From: Candidatus Competibacterales bacterium
Lineage (GTDB): Bacteria; Pseudomonadota; Gammaproteobacteria; Competibacterales; JAHEDQ01
Direction: 5' to 3'
Length of the DNA stretch: 40,908 nucleotides
Assembly: GCA_041587415.1 (NCBI GenBank)
Contig: JBFGYN010000002.1
Location: forward strand, 1-40,908
Shown: positions 37,093 through 40,908 of the stretch, in pieces
How the letters are laid out: the number at the start of each line of letters is the position of its first letter
Position numbering within the stretch: the stretch's first letter is position 1
Program-made: the position numbers and the translations under genes
Notes under the pieces: model-generated
The model's database searches: none
Told to the model about the DNA's origin: nothing
What the model saw: the letters and a program-made list of their open reading frames with translations, nothing else

Positions 37093-38412
37093 TTGACAAC
37101 CACACCACGGGTCTACGCCCGACCAGATCATTGCATCACCCGGGCGAATATCAGCCCCAACGCCCTAAAGGTGCTCTACCGACTCAAGAACGCCGGATTC
37201 CATGGGAGTCTGGTGGGTGGCGGCGTGCGCGATCTCCTGCTCGGTCGCGAGCCAAAGGATTTCGACATTGCCACCGATGCGAGCCCGGATGACGTGAAAT
37301 CGCTGTTCGGCAATTGCCGACTGATCGGACGCCGGTTTCGCCTGGCGCACGTTCATTTTGGTCGCGAGATAATTGAAGTGGCCACCTTCCGGGCCTTGCA
37401 CGACGGCGAAACCGACTGTGGTGAGGGGCTGCAAGATGAAAAAGGGCGGATCGTCCGGGACAACGTCTACGGGACCATCGAGGAAGACGTTCAGCGTCGC
37501 GACTTTACGGTCAACGCGCTCTACTACAACATCGATGACTTTTCCGTCATCGATTACGTGGGCGGCGTGGAGGATTTGAACGAGGGTTTGATCCGTATTA
37601 TCGGTGACCCGGAGCAGCGCTATCGCGAGGACCCGGTCCGTATGCTTCGAGCCATCCGATTTTCCGCTAAGCTCGGCTTTCGCATTCACCCGGAAACGGA
37701 AGCACCGCTGTTCGAGTTGAGTGGGCTTTTGGACGACATACCGTCCTCGAGGCTTTTCGAAGAGGTGTTGAAGCTATTCTTGTCGGGGTACGGCGTACAG
37801 ACGTTCGAGGTGCTCAGGCACTACGGCCTGTTCGGGCATTTGTTTCCGGAAACGGAGGAGGCGCTGTCGCGGGAGGAAGACCACTTTCCCCACACGCTGC
37901 TCATCCGTGCATTGGAAAATACCGATGCGCGAATTGCAGAGGGCAAGTCCGTGACCCCGGCATTCCTTTACGCTGCACTGCTCTGGGAGCCGCTGCGAGA
38001 GCGCTACGCTTTGATTCGGGCCAACGAACCGGACATGGACGATAATCGAGTCATGCAATTGGCCGCGGACGAGGTTACGCGGGAGCAATTGCGCAGTACC
38101 TCGGTGCCGAAACGCTTTTCATTGCCCATGCGTGAGATTTGGTTTCTACAATGGCGTTTGGAACAACGCCAGGGCAAGCGGCCGGCTCGATTGCTGACGC
38201 ATCCCCGTTTTCGGGCCGCGTACGATTTTCTCTTGCTGCGGCGCGATGCCGGCGAGGAACTGTCGGAACTCTGCGATTGGTGGACACGCTTTCAATCTGC
38301 TGGTATCGAAGACCAGCATGGCATGGCGTCGCACAACGACCGACGCCCGCGCCGCAGGAGCCGCCGATCGCAGCGTCGATCCAAGGACGCTGGAACAGCG
38401 CCTGCTGACTAG
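37093..38412 (+). CDS. pcnB: Poly(A) polymerase I
   Basis: ..ISPNALKVLYRLKNAGFHGSLVGGGVRDLLLGREPKDFDIATDA.., RDFTVNALYY, C-terminal basic tail. There is no in-frame ATG near the 5' end. Candidate starts are TTG 37093 (track) or ATT 37054 (GAGG 5 nt upstream). Confidence 0.9.
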   Translation: MTTTPRVYARPDHCITRANISPNALKVLYRLKNAGFHGSLVGGGVRDLLLGREPKDFDIATDASPDDVKSLFGNCRLIGRRFRLAHVHFGREIIEVATFRALHDGETDCGEGLQDEKGRIVRDNVYGTIEEDVQRRDFTVNALYYNIDDFSVIDYVGGVEDLNEGLIRIIGDPEQRYREDPVRMLRAIRFSAKLGFRIHPETEAPLFELSGLLDDIPSSRLFEEVLKLFLSGYGVQTFEVLRHYGLFGHLFPETEEALSREEDHFPHTLLIRALENTDARIAEGKSVTPAFLYAALLWEPLRERYALIRANEPDMDDNRVMQLAADEVTREQLRSTSVPKRFSLPMREIWFLQWRLEQRQGKRPARLLTHPRFRAAYDFLLLRRDAGEELSELCDWWTRFQSAGIEDQHGMASHNDRRPRRRSRRSQRRSKDAGTAPAD

Positions 38413-38703
38413 ACATCATGTTTTGACCTGCTCCGCTTCCGTCAGAAAACAGTGTGTTCCGGTCTGCGCTCGTTCGGCCCGAGCACGATCTTGGCCGCCT
38501 GCAGCACGGAACCACCCTGGTGGTGCGCCCCTTCCTTCAAATCGGAGCTTCGGCTACGCTCTCCCGTGGCGAGGTGCACGCCGAACCATTACAAGCGCAC
38601 GCTCATTCGGAAGCCTGGGCAGCGGCGCGGGATAGCGTCGACCGGTCCGACGAGACATTCCAGGAAAATCACGTCACCTTGCGACACCCATGTCTCGAAT
38701 CCA

Positions 38704-39201
38704 ATGAGCCAGTCGGCGTCGGTTTACATCGCTTTGGGCAGCAATCTCGGCGACCCGCCGAGACAGATTGCGGATGCCGTCTGCGAGTTGGCACACCTTG
38801 CCCTCAGCGGGTCGGTCGAGCGGTCACAGCTTTTTCGCAATGCTCCGCTGGGGTGTGCCGACCAGCCGGACTTCTTCAATGCTGTGGTGCGATTCGAAAC
38901 GAGGCTGTTTCCCATGGGGCTTCTGGAGGCTTTGCAGAGCATCGAGCAGCGCCATGGGCGGGTGCGCCGAGAGAAGTGGGGTGCCCGAACCCTGGATCTC
39001 GACTTGCTCCTGTACGGCGGCGGGCGGATCGATCATCCCCGGCTCCGAGTGCCGCACCCGGAAATTGCGGAGCGTGCGTTCGTTCTCCGTCCGATGTTCG
39101 ATCTGAATCCCGCTGAAATCGTGCCTGGAATGGGAAGCGTTCGGCAACTGCTCGAAACCTGTCCCCCCTGGCGCATGGAATGGGTAACATGGCCGCTCTG
39201 A
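38704..39201 (+). CDS. folK: 2-amino-4-hydroxy-6-hydroxymethyldihydropteridine diphosphokinase
   Basis: From ATG 38704: VYIALGSNLGDP.., DQPDFFNAVV, RWGARTLDLDLLLYG, LRVPHPEIAERAFVLRPM. The track start at 38452 is an upstream extension. Confidence 0.92.
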   Translation: MSQSASVYIALGSNLGDPPRQIADAVCELAHLALSGSVERSQLFRNAPLGCADQPDFFNAVVRFETRLFPMGLLEALQSIEQRHGRVRREKWGARTLDLDLLLYGGGRIDHPRLRVPHPEIAERAFVLRPMFDLNPAEIVPGMGSVRQLLETCPPWRMEWVTWPL

Positions 39202-39231
39202 GCCAGTCAGGCACGACGGCGAATTAACCAT

Positions 39232-40050
39232 ATGAATTCTGAATCAGCCGAAGACCGATCGCCGGTGACGTTGCTATCGCTGGCAAAGATGAAACGCGAC
39301 GGTGAAAAAATAGCCGTGGTGACGGCCTACGACGCGGCCTTCGGACGAATCGCGGGCGAGGCAGGCGTCGACGTCATCCTGGTGGGAGATTCGCTCGGAA
39401 TGGTGGTTCAGGGCCGTGACACGACAATCCCGGTGACGGTCGAGGAGATGGTCTACCACACGCGCATGGTCTCTCGCGGATCCAGCCTGCCGTTGCTGAT
39501 GGCCGACTTGCCGTTCTTGAGCTACGCAACGCCGGAGCGGGCGTTGCGCAGTGCCGAGAAGCTCATGCAGGAAGGCAATGCACAGATGGTCAAGCTGGAA
39601 GGTGGACAAGCTTACCTGGAAACCGTTCGACGCCTGACCGTCAACGGTGTTCCGGTTTGCGGCCACCTGGGATTGCTTCCGCAATCGGTACACAAGCTTG
39701 GCGGCTACCGAGTCCAGGGTCGCGAGCAAGGCGCCGCCCAGAAAATGATCGAAGATGCACTGGCGCTGCAGGAAGCCGGGATCGATCTTCTCGTGGTGGA
39801 GTGTATTCCGTCCGAGTTGGGGAAGAACCTGAGTGAAACATTGAAAATCCCCGTGATCGGCATCGGAGCGGGGCCGCACTGCGATGCCCAGGTGCTGGTC
39901 CTGTACGACCTGCTCGGCATTACGCCGGGTCGGACGCCGAAATTCGCTAGGAACTTCCTGGACGGCGCGCAAAGCATTCAGGGCGCATTACAGGCCTACG
40001 TGCGCGCCGTAAAGAACGGGGCGTTTCCGTCCCCGGAGCATAGTTTCTGA
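39232..40050 (+). CDS. panB: 3-methyl-2-oxobutanoate hydroxymethyltransferase
   Basis: KIAVVTAYDAAFGRIAGEAGVDVILVGDSLGMVVQG, VKLEGG, CGHLGLLPQSV, VECIP, IGIGAG. Confidence 0.95.
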   Translation: MNSESAEDRSPVTLLSLAKMKRDGEKIAVVTAYDAAFGRIAGEAGVDVILVGDSLGMVVQGRDTTIPVTVEEMVYHTRMVSRGSSLPLLMADLPFLSYATPERALRSAEKLMQEGNAQMVKLEGGQAYLETVRRLTVNGVPVCGHLGLLPQSVHKLGGYRVQGREQGAAQKMIEDALALQEAGIDLLVVECIPSELGKNLSETLKIPVIGIGAGPHCDAQVLVLYDLLGITPGRTPKFARNFLDGAQSIQGALQAYVRAVKNGAFPSPEHSF

Positions 40051-40086
40051 GCGCCTTGCCGGGAACCAAAGTAGCGGGAGACTCGT

Positions 40087-40908
40087 TTGGCACTGTTGTT
40101 GATCGAACGTATAGACGATCTTCGGGCACGCATTGCCGAATGGCGGTGTGCCGGTGAGCGCACGGCCCTGGTCCCTACGCTGGGCAATCTTCACGGCGGG
40201 CACCAGTCGCTCATGGAGGTGGCGCGCAGGCAGGCGGATCGGGTCGTTGTCAGTATATTCGTCAACCCGATGCAGTTCGGTCTGGGGGAGGACTACGAGA
40301 ACTACCCCCGGACCATGGAGGCGGACCGGGAGCGCCTCGAGCAGGTGGGCGTCGAGGTGCTGTTTGCTCCGCTCCTCGCGGAGGTGTACCCGAACGGCTA
40401 TAACGATGCAACCCACGTTGAGGTACCCGTCTTGTCGGAGACCCTCTGCGGCGCGGCGCGGCCTGGCCACTTCCGAGGTGTTGCGACCGTGGTCTGCAAG
40501 TTGTTCAACATGGTTTCGCCGGACATTGCCGTATTTGGCGAAAAGGATTGGCAGCAACTCACCGTCATTCGGCGCATGGTGGAGGACTTGACGCTTCCGG
40601 TGCAAATCGTCGGCGCACCGACGGTTCGTGAAGACGATGGTCTAGCCATGAGCTCACGAAACGCCTATTTGAGTTCGGCCGAGCGATTGCTTGCGCCGGC
40701 ACTGCACCGAATCATGGAGGAGGCGGCAGAGAGAGTCCGCAGCGGTGCGGGGGACTATCCGGCCATCGAGCGGGCCGCTATGGAGACACTCTCGGAGGCA
40801 GGCTTTCGACCGGATTACTTTGCCGTGCGCCGCGGTGATACCTTGACTGAGCCCATACCCGGCGCCCCGACCAGCGATTTACGCATCCTGGCCGCTGCCT
40901 GGCTTGGC
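40087..40908 (+). CDS. panC: Pantoate--beta-alanine ligase, 3' end outside the window
   Basis: Not in the ORF track because there is no stop inside the window. Hand translation from TTG 40087 (GGGAGA 5 nt upstream) gives LALLLIERIDDLRARIAEWR..ALVPTLGNLHGGHQSLM..VSIFVNPMQFG..GHFRGVATVVCKLFNMV.PDIAVFGEKDWQQL..REDDGLAMSSRNAYL, the PanC signature. The frame is open to nt 40908. Confidence 0.9.
   Translation, partial: MALLLIERIDDLRARIAEWRCAGERTALVPTLGNLHGGHQSLMEVARRQADRVVVSIFVNPMQFGLGEDYENYPRTMEADRERLEQVGVEVLFAPLLAEVYPNGYNDATHVEVPVLSETLCGAARPGHFRGVATVVCKLFNMVSPDIAVFGEKDWQQLTVIRRMVEDLTLPVQIVGAPTVREDDGLAMSSRNAYLSSAERLLAPALHRIMEEAAERVRSGAGDYPAIERAAMETLSEAGFRPDYFAVRRGDTLTEPIPGAPTSDLRILAAAWLG

Overview
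High-GC (about 62-65% on hand-counted lines) gammaproteobacterial-type chromosomal segment. It consists almost entirely of conserved housekeeping genes in classic synteny blocks. Order: nif3-like (partial); petABC (cytochrome bc1) and sspAB; ymdB-like macrodomain; dolP-yraN-lpoA on the minus strand, divergent from rsmI; rnpB; a tightly packed dcw cluster (mraZ-rsmH-ftsL-ftsI-murE-murF-mraY-murD-ftsW-murG-murC-ftsQ-ftsA-ftsZ); lpxC; a DUF721/DciA-like gene (minus); secA-argJ-nudix and a small exported protein; upp; an accessory islet; tRNA-Glu(CUC) (minus); pcnB-folK-panB-panC (partial). I saw no CRISPR array, IS element, transposase, integrase or rRNA. The only clearly non-housekeeping DNA is about 33.85-36.95 kb, between upp and the 3' end of tRNA-Glu. 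It holds about 590 nt of hairpin-dense noncoding DNA that begins with GTGCG (possibly a group II intron 5' fragment), plus one long minus-strand ORF. The N-terminal half of that ORF matches the DUF4157 pre-toxin/zincin-like module as I remember it, with a degenerate HExxH (HVSRH). Its roughly 410-residue C-terminal part is AT-richer and I cannot assign it; it has E-x-E strand motifs reminiscent of GS-fold amidoligases. No immunity-like gene and no injection or secretion apparatus is present in the window. This orphan effector-like gene is my best candidate for something undescribed. Secondary oddities: the dcw cluster has no ddl or murB between murC and ftsQ; the RNase P RNA is enlarged (about 500 nt); there is a textbook Pmra promoter with 10-bp-phased GTGG (MraZ-box-like) repeats; and pcnB has no ATG start and overlaps a divergent tRNA promoter. 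All family assignments rest on motif recall and by-eye alignment. No database search was run.
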